From a virus, in IMG/VR virus record IMGVR_UViG_3300043427_001796: a stretch of 64,000 bases of DNA, one strand, 5' to 3'. The translations under genes and the position numbers were made by a program. This document shows, in pieces, positions 1 through 8,672 of this stretch. The stretch's first letter is position 1; the number at the start of each line of letters is the position of its first letter. The notes below the pieces were generated by a model, which saw nothing but the letters and a program-made list of their open reading frames with translations, had not been told where the DNA came from and ran no database searches.

Positions 1-11
1 CACAAGCCCCC

Positions 12-40
12 TTTACAATCCAACTCTTCTATCCTATATT
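12..40 (+). promoter_or_regulatory. sigma70-like promoter of the porin gene
   Basis: TTTACA-N17-TATATT upstream of the ORF at 107. Confidence 0.5.
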
Positions 41-106
41 ACCTATGTTGTGACTCACGCCTCAATTACTCGCAAGAGTCCAATAGTTGTTTAGTACTAC
101 ACATAT

Positions 107-1570
107 ATGAAACTACAATCTCTGATTGTTGCCGGTGCGGTTTCGGTCATTCCTACCGCATCTATGGCAGCAGAACTTAATCTTACTGATGTAAATCAGT
201 ATGCTTCGTCAGAGCAAGTCACAAGCATCAGTCAATTCTCTGATGTTCAACCTACCGACTGGGCGTATCAGGCACTCAGCAATCTCGTATCCCGTTATGG
301 TTGCGTTGCTGGTTATCCTAACGGCACCTATGGTGGTGGTAAGGCAATGACTCGTTTTGAGGCAGCAGCACTTCTCAATGCTTGCTTGGATCGTGTAACC
401 GAAACTACCGATGAACTGCGTAAACTTCTTGTTGAATTTGAACAAGAACTGATTGTTCTCAAGGGTCGTGTGGATGGTTTGGAAGCAAAGGTAGGTCAAC
501 TTGAGGCAACTCAATTCTCTACCACTACCAAACTGAAGGGTGAAGCAACCTTTGTTCTGGGTGGAGTTCCTGGACTTGAAACTAATGCTGGTGGAAACGT
601 TGGCAACACCGCATTTAATTATGATGTCCGTCTGAACTTTGACACCAGTTTCAGTGGTAAGGATCTCCTTCGCACTCGTCTGCGTTCTGGTAACTTCAGC
701 ACTGATCCTTTCAGCACTAGCTCTTCCCTGTTCAAATTGGACAAGGCAGAATCTACTGCTGATCAAGTCGTTCTTGATCGTCTCTACTATCAGTTCCCTG
801 TGAGTGATAGTGTGACCCTGACTGCTGGTGCTAAGGTCCGTAATACTGAGATGGCATGGGTTCCTTCTGCTTATAAGTCGGAAATCCTTGACTTCTTCCA
901 AGTTGCTGGTGCTCCTGGTGTCTATAACAAGGCAACTGGTGCTGGTGTTGGTGCTCAGTATGTCGGCAAAGGTGGATTCATTGCTGGTCTAAACTATGTT
1001 GCTCAAGAAGGTGATGATAGCTCCACTGGTGTCTTTGATTCTGATGGTGCTCTGAACTTCCTTGCTCAAGTTGGTTACAAAGGATCTAACTGGGGTGTTG
1101 GTGCTGGTTATCGTTACGGTTCTGAGGGCACCCGTCCTCGCTCCTACAACGGTCTACTAGGTGCCAATGGTGCCCTGGTAGATGGTCAGGAGTCTAATGC
1201 CATTGCTCTTAATGCTTATTGGCAACCTTCTGAATCTGGTTGGGTTCCTTCTGTCAGTGCTGGTTACGGATATAATTTCGTAAGTGGTGCTCCTGGTGCT
1301 ACTGATGCCACTGATTCCGATTCGTGGTTCGTTGGTCTTCAGTGGGCAGATGCTTTTGTTGCTGGTAATACCGCTGGTATTGCTGTCGGTCAAGCACCTT
1401 CTGCTGAAACCGTTGGTGTATCTGATGCTACGATGCTTGAGTTCTTCTACAAGTTCCAAGTTACCGACAACATCAGCATCACTCCCGCTCTGTTCTACGT
1501 TGAAAACAATCAGCGTTACCAGGACAGCAGCAAGTGGGGTGGTGTAATCCAGACCAAGTTCACGTTCTGA
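107..1570 (+). CDS. som: cyanobacterial porin (Som/OprB type, SLH domain)
   Basis: Signal peptide, SLH motif FSDVQPTDWAYQAL, coiled coil, QFSTTTKLKGE, beta-barrel ending in Phe (TKFTF). Confidence 0.92.
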   Translation: MKLQSLIVAGAVSVIPTASMAAELNLTDVNQYASSEQVTSISQFSDVQPTDWAYQALSNLVSRYGCVAGYPNGTYGGGKAMTRFEAAALLNACLDRVTETTDELRKLLVEFEQELIVLKGRVDGLEAKVGQLEATQFSTTTKLKGEATFVLGGVPGLETNAGGNVGNTAFNYDVRLNFDTSFSGKDLLRTRLRSGNFSTDPFSTSSSLFKLDKAESTADQVVLDRLYYQFPVSDSVTLTAGAKVRNTEMAWVPSAYKSEILDFFQVAGAPGVYNKATGAGVGAQYVGKGGFIAGLNYVAQEGDDSSTGVFDSDGALNFLAQVGYKGSNWGVGAGYRYGSEGTRPRSYNGLLGANGALVDGQESNAIALNAYWQPSESGWVPSVSAGYGYNFVSGAPGATDATDSDSWFVGLQWADAFVAGNTAGIAVGQAPSAETVGVSDATMLEFFYKFQVTDNISITPALFYVENNQRYQDSSKWGGVIQTKFTF

Positions 1571-1576
1571 TAGAAC

Positions 1577-1930
1577 ATGAAAAAACTCTTCAAGAGATCA
1601 ATTGATTTATATATTTCATACTTGAAGAGGATACCAGAGAGACAATACTTTCCAATCTTTGTATTGCTCTCTCTGTATTTCGTAGTTCCGTATAGTGAGT
1701 TTGTAGTCACTGCACTCATACCACTATACTTTCTCTTCGAGAAACAGGTTCGTTGGATCTTTACTAAGATTCCGATGCCGGACTATTTGAGGATAGGTGG
1801 ATCTATTATTTTCTTTTTGGTTATGATTGATGACTACCTATTCTACTTTGCTATCATGGCATTCGCTGCTTGGAGTGCAAAGCAAGTAAGGAAAAGAAAA
1901 CAATTAGAATCTCCTGACAGGGGGGGTTGA
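1577..1930 (+). CDS. hypothetical membrane protein
   Basis: 117 aa with several hydrophobic segments, directly after the porin. Confidence 0.6.
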   Translation: MKKLFKRSIDLYISYLKRIPERQYFPIFVLLSLYFVVPYSEFVVTALIPLYFLFEKQVRWIFTKIPMPDYLRIGGSIIFFLVMIDDYLFYFAIMAFAAWSAKQVRKRKQLESPDRGG

Positions 1931-1937
1931 CAAGACT

Positions 1938-1966
1938 CCCCCTTCACCTATATACTATTGTAACAC
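1938..1966 (+). promoter_or_regulatory. sigma70-like promoter of the hli-petF-hli operon
   Basis: TTGACA-N17-TATACT. Confidence 0.65.
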
Positions 1967-1983
1967 TTCGTAATAAAACGATA

Positions 1984-2187
1984 ATGACTGTAACGACTAA
2001 TGAACATGGACAAATGAACATGTTCGCCAAAGAACCTGAGATGGTCTATCAGGAATACAATCGCAAAGGTCTGATGACCCCAATGCAAACTACGGAGATG
2101 TATAATGGACGCTGGGCTATGGTCGGTATTATTGCTGGGCTCGTTTCTTATATTGGCACTGGCAAACTCTTTTTCGGCATCTTCTGA
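1984..2187 (+). CDS. hli: high-light inducible protein
   Basis: EMYNGRWAMVG chlorophyll-binding motif, TGKLFFGIF tail; ATG at 1984 preferred as start. Confidence 0.92.
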   Translation: MTVTTNEHGQMNMFAKEPEMVYQEYNRKGLMTPMQTTEMYNGRWAMVGIIAGLVSYIGTGKLFFGIF

Positions 2188-2200
2188 CAATTGATTGACA

Positions 2201-2287
2201 ATGACTGAAATCCTGTTTACAATTACTGGTGTCAGCTTTTTAGTTTTGCTGGCATACTCTGTAGAAAAACTTTCTGAAACATACTAA
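2201..2287 (+). CDS. 28-aa single-TM peptide (not in ORF track)
   Basis: [28 protein letters not shown]; stop overlaps the petF start (TAATG). Confidence 0.6.
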   Translation: MTEILFTITGVSFLVLLAYSVEKLSETY

Positions 2288-2577
2288 TGGCATTTAATAT
2301 TACCCTTCAATCACCTGACGGCACTGAACAATCTTTTGAGTGCCCTGATGACCAATACATTCTTGATGCTGCTGACGAGGCAGGAATTGATCTTCCCTAT
2401 TCCTGCCGTGCTGGCGCTTGCTCTACCTGTGCTGGTAAACTTATCAGTGGAACTGTAGATAATAGCGAGCAATCATTCTTGGATGATGAGCAAATGGAAG
2501 AGGGATTCATTCTCACTTGTGTTGCTTATCCTGTTAGCGATTGTGTAATTTTAACTGAACAAGAAGAAAACCTTTAA
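2287..2577 (+). CDS. petF: plant-type [2Fe-2S] ferredoxin
   Basis: [15 protein letters not shown]...LTCVAYP. Confidence 0.97.
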   Translation: MAFNITLQSPDGTEQSFECPDDQYILDAADEAGIDLPYSCRAGACSTCAGKLISGTVDNSEQSFLDDEQMEEGFILTCVAYPVSDCVILTEQEENL

Positions 2578-2596
2578 CTAATTTAGGAGAACTATT

Positions 2597-2716
2597 ATGA
2601 AATTCGGATTCACCCCTGAGGCAGAGATCCTCAATGCTCGTCTGGCAATGCTTGGTTTTGTCATTGCTATCGGCACTTACTTCACCACTGGTCAGATCAT
2701 CCCTGGCGTTTGGTGA
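2597..2716 (+). CDS. hli: high-light inducible protein, short form (not in ORF track)
   Basis: MKFGFTPEAEILNARLAMLGF...TGQIIPGVW; AGGAG RBS. Confidence 0.92.
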   Translation: MKFGFTPEAEILNARLAMLGFVIAIGTYFTTGQIIPGVW

Positions 2717-2724
2717 TATAAATA
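2717..2724 (+). promoter_or_regulatory. T4-type late promoter
   Basis: TATAAATA. Confidence 0.6.
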
Positions 2725-2747
2725 CAACTGAATATCGTCGGCCGCTT

Positions 2748-2785
2748 AAAGACTTCCCTGCCAAATAACAGGGAGGTCTTTTTTA
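2748..2785 (+). terminator. intrinsic terminator, probably bidirectional
   Basis: AAAGACTTCCCTG/CAGGGAGGTCTTT stem plus T-run, between convergent genes. Confidence 0.8.
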
Positions 2786-3952
2786 TTAGAAGGCACTTCT
2801 TACAACACGAATCCAGTTATTGTTTGCTACACAAAAATAAACAAACCCAGTATCCCATCTAACTTCTCCTGCCCTACCAATGGCACCATTTGTAGCAGGA
2901 GCTGCTGCTAAAGAACTATTTTGTGGGTTAGCTGCTGCTGGCATGATTGTAGTCACAGATGAGATTGTTCTTGCCTGTGCTACATCACCTTCCTCTACAA
3001 TCTTCCATCCCTTAGCACCAGTGGTGGCATCATAAATTAATCTTGTATCTGTGAGTGTCACACCCAGACCATTTGTTGTCTGTCTGACTACAATGTTTGC
3101 GTTACCACCAACTGTAAGAACTCCACCTCTGAGATTAAGAGAAGGAGATGGTGTTTCAGATCCAAAAGTTACATCTCCAGTTGTTCTGAGTGTGCTGCTG
3201 ATTTCTGTTGCTGAAGACAGAGTAATTAGTGATCCGGTATCTGTGATATTGCTATTCTGTAAACTGAATGATGTTCCATTCCATTTCAGAACTCTGTTGG
3301 TTGTAAAAGATCCTGAACCATTCAGAGAGAATGCCGATCCAGTTTGAGCAATACCACCACTAGCAAGTGCTGAGTATGTGGAGTTTGTATCTGTATCTGT
3401 GGATGAAATAGTAACTGTTTTTGATACTCCATTCCATGACACTGTAGTAGCACCAGATCCAACGAATCTAATTGTGCTGTCACCATTAGGAACAGGATTA
3501 GTTACAGTATTATTTTCAATATCATATGCTTGTAATTTGATACTGACTTGGTTAACAATTGATGTGCCACTAAATTCATACTTAGTATCAGTATCTAATC
3601 TTCCAATACTATCACCAAGGAAAACTTCTGTGCCATCAATAGTAATAGAATCATTTACCAGAGATGAGTTTGGAATATTTTGTAGAGTATTTGTTCCACC
3701 ATCAATAGTTTTGTTGGTAAGAGTCTGTGTTGTTGCTGTTCTAACTAGGTCTGGAACAACATTTAAAACAAAAGTATTTCCACTGATCCAAGAGAGGTCA
3801 GCACCATCGTATCTTGGAATCTGATTGGTGGCAGTTGGCAATCCATTCTTAAGTTCAATCAGACTATTGGATAGATTCAGATCATCTACACCCTTTAGCT
3901 CTTCTATTCTTGGAATTGCTGTGTTGACAACTAATGGATAGCGACTTGCCAT
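2786..3952 (-). CDS. tail fibre-like virion protein
   Basis: TQTLTNKTID fibre motif, Ser/Thr/Gly-rich, C-terminal GEVRWDTGFVYFCVANNNW; ATAAATA late box on the minus strand at 3981-3987. Confidence 0.7.
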   Translation of the reverse strand: MASRYPLVVNTAIPRIEELKGVDDLNLSNSLIELKNGLPTATNQIPRYDGADLSWISGNTFVLNVVPDLVRTATTQTLTNKTIDGGTNTLQNIPNSSLVNDSITIDGTEVFLGDSIGRLDTDTKYEFSGTSIVNQVSIKLQAYDIENNTVTNPVPNGDSTIRFVGSGATTVSWNGVSKTVTISSTDTDTNSTYSALASGGIAQTGSAFSLNGSGSFTTNRVLKWNGTSFSLQNSNITDTGSLITLSSATEISSTLRTTGDVTFGSETPSPSLNLRGGVLTVGGNANIVVRQTTNGLGVTLTDTRLIYDATTGAKGWKIVEEGDVAQARTISSVTTIMPAAANPQNSSLAAAPATNGAIGRAGEVRWDTGFVYFCVANNNWIRVVRSAF

Positions 3953-4038
3953 TATTATACCTATGTTTTCCTGATAAAACTATTTATTTATCTGGGGTGG
4001 ACACTTGGAGAACAGGCACAAATACCTATCTTTGGGGC

Positions 4039-4073
4039 TTGACAGACCAATTGGTGATGGGGTATACTAAATA
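4039..4073 (+). promoter_or_regulatory. psbA promoters (sigma70-like with overlapping late-type box)
   Basis: TTGACA-N18-TATACT overlapping CTAAATA. Confidence 0.65.
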
Positions 4074-4074
4074 T

Positions 4075-4102
4075 TGTTAAGGAATGGAAACATTTCTTCA
4101 CA
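4075..4102 (+). ncRNA. psbA 5'UTR hairpin (PhotoRC-II-like)
   Basis: TGTTAAGGAATG-GAAA-CATTTCTTCACA hairpin directly upstream of phage psbA. Confidence 0.55.
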
Positions 4103-4131
4103 TACTTTAAACCTTACGAACTTTTAAAACT

Positions 4132-5211
4132 ATGACTGCTACCATCGCTCAACAGCGACAAAGCAATGTTTGGAACGAGTTCTGTGAGTGGGTAACATCT
4201 ACCAACAACCGCCTCTATGTCGGTTGGTTTGGAACCCTGATGATTCCTACCCTTCTCGCTGCTACTATCTGTTTCATTGTTGCTTTTATTGCTGCTCCCC
4301 CCGTTGACATTGACGGGATCCGCGAACCTGTTGCTGGTTCTCTGATGTATGGTAACAACATCATTTCTGGTGCTGTTGTTCCTTCATCCAATGCTATTGG
4401 TCTTCACTTCTATCCCATCTGGGAAGCCAACTCTCTTGATGAATGGCTATATAATGGTGGACCTTTCCAACTGGTCGTCTTCCATTTTCTGATTGGTATC
4501 TATGCCTACATGGGACGCGAATGGGAACTTTCTTACAGACTGGGTATGCGTCCTTGGATTTGTGTTGCTTACAGCGCACCCGTTGCTGCTGCTAGCGCAG
4601 TGTTTCTGGTCTATCCCTTCGGTCAGGGATCCTTCTCTGATGCGATGCCTCTGGGGATTTCGGGAACTTTCAACTACATGCTTGTTTTCCAGGCGGAACA
4701 CAACATTCTTATGCATCCTTTCCACATGCTGGGAGTTGCTGGTGTCTTCGGTGGTTCTCTTTTCTCTGCTATGCACGGATCTCTTGTCACCTCTAGTCTC
4801 GTTCGTGAGACTACAGAAACCGAGTCCCAGAACTATGGATACAAGTTCGGACAAGAAGAAGAGACCTACAACATTGTAGCTGCTCATGGTTACTTCGGTC
4901 GTTTGATCTTCCAATATGCCTCGTTTAATAACTCTCGTAGCCTTCACTTCTTTCTGGCTGCTTGGCCTGTTGTTGGTATCTGGTTCACTGCTCTTGGCGT
5001 GTCTACTATGGCCTTTAACCTTAATGGTTTCAATTTCAACCAGAGTATTGTTGATAGTCAGAACCGTGTCATCCCGACTTGGGCCGATATCCTTAACCGA
5101 GGAGGACTTGGGATGGAAGTTATGCATGAACGAAATGCTCACAACTTCCCCTTGGATCTTGCCACCGCTGAATCCACTCCAGTGGCTCTCACCGCACCGG
5201 CAATCGGTTGA
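4132..5211 (+). CDS. psbA: photosystem II D1 protein
   Basis: Full-length D1, uninterrupted; GREWELS indicates the Glu130 high-light type. Confidence 0.99.
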   Translation: MTATIAQQRQSNVWNEFCEWVTSTNNRLYVGWFGTLMIPTLLAATICFIVAFIAAPPVDIDGIREPVAGSLMYGNNIISGAVVPSSNAIGLHFYPIWEANSLDEWLYNGGPFQLVVFHFLIGIYAYMGREWELSYRLGMRPWICVAYSAPVAAASAVFLVYPFGQGSFSDAMPLGISGTFNYMLVFQAEHNILMHPFHMLGVAGVFGGSLFSAMHGSLVTSSLVRETTETESQNYGYKFGQEEETYNIVAAHGYFGRLIFQYASFNNSRSLHFFLAAWPVVGIWFTALGVSTMAFNLNGFNFNQSIVDSQNRVIPTWADILNRGGLGMEVMHERNAHNFPLDLATAESTPVALTAPAIG

Positions 5212-5237
5212 CAAGCAGATTCAAATCTGATATACTG

Positions 5238-5262
5238 AGAGGGTCGCAAGGCCCTCTTTTTT
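5238..5262 (+). terminator. intrinsic terminator after psbA
   Basis: AGAGGGTC-GCAA-GGCCCTCT plus T-run. Confidence 0.85.
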
Positions 5263-5288
5263 ATTCTCTAAATATCTTTTTGATCAAA

Positions 5289-5543
5289 ATGAACATTGAA
5301 ATATATACTTCTCCTGGATGCTCTTGGTGCAAAAAAGCCTTAACTCTTATGGAGATGGCTAAGATCACTGACTATAAAAAATATGTTCTTAATGTGGACA
5401 TTACTTCCGATGAAATAAAGAAAAAATTTCCAAACATGGCAGGATATCCTATAATTATAATAGATGATGTTTCATATGATATAATAGAAACAGTAAAATT
5501 GTTTGTAGAAAAGGGTCTAGTATCTTCTAAAAAAAATGAGTGA
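5289..5543 (+). CDS. glutaredoxin (NrdC-like)
   Basis: IYTSPGCSWC CxxC motif and YPIIIID; ATG at 5289. Confidence 0.85.
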   Translation: MNIEIYTSPGCSWCKKALTLMEMAKITDYKKYVLNVDITSDEIKKKFPNMAGYPIIIIDDVSYDIIETVKLFVEKGLVSSKKNE

Positions 5544-5694
5544 GGATTTACAAATAAATAAAGGTGTGGAGCTCATGCTCAGGAGGTCAGAAAGGGAACC
5601 AGAAAGAAGTGGTCTCAAGGTTAGACAAACATTCACACTTCTGAGTAAAATCATCTCTTTTAGATTAGAGTTTACTTGGGAGGATCGTAAGTAA
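5536..5694 (+). CDS. small hypothetical protein (not in ORF track)
   Basis: MSEDLQINKGVELMLRR..., 52 aa, fills the gap in the operon. Confidence 0.6.
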   Translation: MSEDLQINKGVELMLRRSEREPERSGLKVRQTFTLLSKIISFRLEFTWEDRK

Positions 5695-5710
5695 ACTCCG
5701 GAGAAAGAAA

Positions 5711-5950
5711 ATGGATTCATCTTTAATGCTCTTGTTAACATCCTTTATGGTTCTAGGTTCATTAGTTTTGGGGACAACTATTGGATGGATAGCAAATGAT
5801 GTCTTCGCAATCTATCTCCAGGCACAGCAACCACAAGTTCAAATGCATCCCGAGATGTATGATGACGATGGTGTTATGATTCGTGAAGAGCTTTATTCTG
5901 TTCGCTTTATGGCAGACGAAGATGAGTATGATTACGAAGATGAGGACTAA
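5711..5950 (+). CDS. hypothetical membrane protein
   Basis: N-terminal TM segment, HPEMYD motif, acidic tail. Confidence 0.7.
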   Translation: MDSSLMLLLTSFMVLGSLVLGTTIGWIANDVFAIYLQAQQPQVQMHPEMYDDDGVMIREELYSVRFMADEDEYDYEDED

Positions 5951-5975
5951 ATATTAATACACACGATGAACTGAT

Positions 5976-6410
5976 ATGAAACTACTAATTTCAGAAATTC
6001 TACAGAAAGTCAGCAACGCAAAGACTAAAACTGAGAAAGTAAAACTTCTTCAAGAACACAACTCTCCAGCACTCAGAGCAGTTCTCATCGCAAACTTTGA
6101 TGAGAGTGTAGTTTGTGAGTTGCCTGAAGGTAATGTTCCTTACACTCCAAACGATGCTCCTGAAGAGACAGAACACACAACTCTCTATCAGGAGTATCGT
6201 AAACTCTATTATTTCTTTAAGGGCGGAGCACCACAACTCCAGCAAACTAGAAGAGAAATAATGTTCATTCAGTTGCTGGAGAATCTTCATTCCAAAGAGG
6301 CAGAACTTATCTGTCTCATGAAGGACAAGAAGATTGGTAAGCGTTGGAAGATCACTAAGCAATGTGTAGAAGAAGCGTTCCCCCAGATTGTATGGGGTGG
6401 ACGAAGCTAA
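5976..6410 (+). CDS. conserved T4-like cyanophage protein
   Basis: LLISEILQKV...LPEGNVPY...FIQLLENLH. Confidence 0.75.
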   Translation: MKLLISEILQKVSNAKTKTEKVKLLQEHNSPALRAVLIANFDESVVCELPEGNVPYTPNDAPEETEHTTLYQEYRKLYYFFKGGAPQLQQTRREIMFIQLLENLHSKEAELICLMKDKKIGKRWKITKQCVEEAFPQIVWGGRS

Positions 6411-6712
6411 TGAATTACAATGCTGAGCAAATTAAAATCCTAGAAAGTTATGCGATAAAAATTCTTTCACAAAATTGTTCTCCTGAGGCAGCAAAAGATA
6501 AGACTCTTCCTAGAGATAGTTATCTTATGACTTTGGACAACGGAGAAGTCTCTTGGTTTGATATTGCGAAAGGAACTCGTAGCGATATTTTTGATGCCTA
6601 TTACGATACGTTTGGTGGCGTCATTCAGTCTATGAAATGGACTGATGGAACTGTGCCAGCAAAGATATGGGGCAATCAAAATCAAACTAAAGAGGTCAAG
6701 AAGAAAAAATGA
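6410..6712 (+). CDS. hypothetical protein
   Basis: TAATG coupling with the upstream ORF. Confidence 0.65.
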   Translation: MNYNAEQIKILESYAIKILSQNCSPEAAKDKTLPRDSYLMTLDNGEVSWFDIAKGTRSDIFDAYYDTFGGVIQSMKWTDGTVPAKIWGNQNQTKEVKKKK

Positions 6713-7038
6713 TGGGCAAGCATTATCTATTGAACCTATACGGGTGCTCGTTGGACTTATTGGACAACGAGTTTTTCCTGTGTGATCTATTAGAAAATGC
6801 TGCTGAAGCATGTGGAGCACACGTATTACAAACAATGTCACATCAGTTTGATCCTCAAGGAGTCACTGCGATTTGTTTGCTGTCTGAATCACACATCTCT
6901 ATTCATACATGGCCAGAGAAAGGTGAGGCAGCAGTTGATGTTTTCACATGCGGAGAATCTAATCCAAAGATTGCTTGTGATATAATCATTGAGCAACTCT
7001 ATGCCACCAATTTTAACTTGGATTATGTAGAAAGGTAA
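6709..7038 (+). CDS. speD: S-adenosylmethionine decarboxylase proenzyme
   Basis: GKH...LLSESHISIHTWPE...DVFTCG. Confidence 0.93.
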   Translation: MMGKHYLLNLYGCSLDLLDNEFFLCDLLENAAEACGAHVLQTMSHQFDPQGVTAICLLSESHISIHTWPEKGEAAVDVFTCGESNPKIACDIIIEQLYATNFNLDYVER

Positions 7039-7042
7039 ATTC

Positions 7043-7058
7043 TGTATCTAAAGTTACA
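7043..7058 (+). promoter_or_regulatory. NtcA-type binding site
   Basis: TGTA-TCTAAAGT-TACA matches the GTA-N8-TAC consensus. Confidence 0.7.
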
Positions 7059-7080
7059 AAAATAATCTCATAGATACAAT

Positions 7081-7135
7081 ACGTTCATTCGCTATTCGGA
7101 AATAGCGAACGGAAGTAGGGAAACCGAAGGAACGC
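7081..7135 (+). ncRNA. glutamine riboswitch (glnA class)
   Basis: P1 CGTTC/GAACG, P2 TTCGCTATT/AATAGCGAA, E-loop GGAAGTA..GAAG, P3 GG-GAAA-CC. Confidence 0.88.
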
Positions 7136-7167
7136 CACCTAACCCACAAAGTAAAGGAGCAAACCTA

Positions 7168-7299
7168 ATGACAACAGCAACATATCGCGGTGTAAAATAT
7201 AACGTTGAGGAGCGTAAGTTAAACGTTCTTCAAATGATTAAAGAACAAATTGAAAAAGAGCAGCGTCTTAAAGAAGCACAGCTCGCATCAATTAATTAA
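7168..7299 (+). CDS. DUF4278-like small protein (not in ORF track)
   Basis: MTTATYRGVKYN..., YRGVxY motif, AAGGAG RBS, downstream of the riboswitch. Confidence 0.8.
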   Translation: MTTATYRGVKYNVEERKLNVLQMIKEQIEKEQRLKEAQLASIN

Positions 7300-7304
7300 T
7301 ATCA

Positions 7305-7327
7305 GGGGGCGTGAGCCCCCTTTTTTT
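7305..7327 (+). terminator. intrinsic terminator
   Basis: GGGGGC-GTGA-GCCCCC plus T7. Confidence 0.88.
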
Positions 7328-7360
7328 ATAGATATTAATGGAATGTTGCTATAGATACCA

Positions 7361-7507
7361 GTGGAAAGAAGACAACTCAAGGATATTCTAAACAAGTTAA
7401 AGGAAGTTGTAGAAGAATTGGAAGTAGAAATATACGCAGATACTGAATCGTATATGTCCGGACCCAGATACACATCCTGTGATGACGATGACGGGTATGC
7501 GGATTGA
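7361..7507 (+). CDS. small acidic hypothetical protein (not in ORF track)
   Basis: GTG start, MERRQLKDIL...DDDDGYAD. Confidence 0.55.
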   Translation: MERRQLKDILNKLKEVVEELEVEIYADTESYMSGPRYTSCDDDDGYAD

Positions 7508-7556
7508 CAAGCACTCCTGATGGTGCTACAATATGAACACATTGATTTGAAACACA

Positions 7557-7832
7557 ATGGCATTACAAACATTTGATGTAAAAAAGCATATTAAATTAAT
7601 CAAAAAAGCATTGAAGTCTGACTTTCTTTACAGCACTGAAGAGATTCATAAGCTTAAGACAGACCTTCGCAATCTAGAGAAGACTCAAGAACTGGTGAGG
7701 CAGTATCAAAGCAATGGTTTTGGTCAGTATGTCCGCCAACCAGTTGTGGTAGAGTCCACCATTGAACCTGTTGTGGAACCAGAGGTGGTAGAATCTGTTG
7801 ATGTTGAAGTCATGGAGAGCGCAGATGTATGA
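7557..7832 (+). CDS. hypothetical protein
   Basis: ORF after a TTGACA..TACAAT promoter at about 7504-7532. Confidence 0.65.
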   Translation: MALQTFDVKKHIKLIKKALKSDFLYSTEEIHKLKTDLRNLEKTQELVRQYQSNGFGQYVRQPVVVESTIEPVVEPEVVESVDVEVMESADV

Positions 7833-8013
7833 AACTTTGACTGAGTTTGAGAGAGCACTTGCTCGCTTCGGTGACAAGGTTCAATATATTGTTGGACTTG
7901 AGGTATCAAATAAAATGGAACCTGAAGTTGCCTATCAAGAGATCAAAGACATGATGAAGGAACTCAAGAAACTTCGTAAAAAAGAAAAAGAAAATTGGGA
8001 GACTGCTGAATGA
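7825..8013 (+). CDS. hypothetical protein
   Basis: MYETLTEFERALARFGDKV; overlaps both neighbours. Confidence 0.65.
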   Translation: MYETLTEFERALARFGDKVQYIVGLEVSNKMEPEVAYQEIKDMMKELKKLRKKEKENWETAE

Positions 8014-8672
8014 ATACAAAACTAATTGCTATCACTCAGGGTGCTGGTGATCTGATTGAACAGAATGCTCAAGAAGTAATTTCTTTCATTGCCCGTGTCA
8101 GCAACCCAAACAACCAACTAAACTTTGATACTGCTGCTGGATTGCTTCGGTATTGTATCAAGCATGAGCACTGGAGCATCTTTGAACACGCCTTCATGAC
8201 CCTTGAGATCAACACTACCAGGGGTATTGCTGCCCAGATCCTCAGGCATCGTTCCTTCACCTTCCAGGAGTTCTCACAGCGGTATGCTGACACGAATCTC
8301 CTGGCTGATTCTCCAAAGGTTCCTGATCTTCGTAGGCAGGACACAAAGAATCGTCAGAATTCTATTGATGACTTCGGTGATTACATAAAGTTGGGATTAC
8401 AGGGAGAGATTTCTGAATACTTTGCTCAAGGTCAGGTGCTTTATAATAGGTTGCTTGAGAAAGGAGTTGCTAAAGAGTGTGCTCGTTTCGTTCTTCCTCT
8501 TGCTACACCAACTCGTATCTACATGACTGGATCATGTCGTTCGTGGATTCACTATATACAATTACGTTCTGGTCACGGGACTCAGAAAGAACACATGGAT
8601 ATTGCTAAAGAATGTCAGTGTGTTTTTGCTGGTCAGTTTCCTAACGTTGCTGAAGCATTGGAGTGGATTTAA
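8010..8672 (+). CDS. thyX: FAD-dependent thymidylate synthase
   Basis: HWSIFEH and RHRSFTFQEFSQRY signature. Confidence 0.97.
   Translation: MNTKLIAITQGAGDLIEQNAQEVISFIARVSNPNNQLNFDTAAGLLRYCIKHEHWSIFEHAFMTLEINTTRGIAAQILRHRSFTFQEFSQRYADTNLLADSPKVPDLRRQDTKNRQNSIDDFGDYIKLGLQGEISEYFAQGQVLYNRLLEKGVAKECARFVLPLATPTRIYMTGSCRSWIHYIQLRSGHGTQKEHMDIAKECQCVFAGQFPNVAEALEWI

Noticed and set aside
4132-5211. Intron or homing endonuclease in psbA; adjacent psbD
   Set aside because: D1 is continuous at 359 aa and is followed by a terminator and glutaredoxin.
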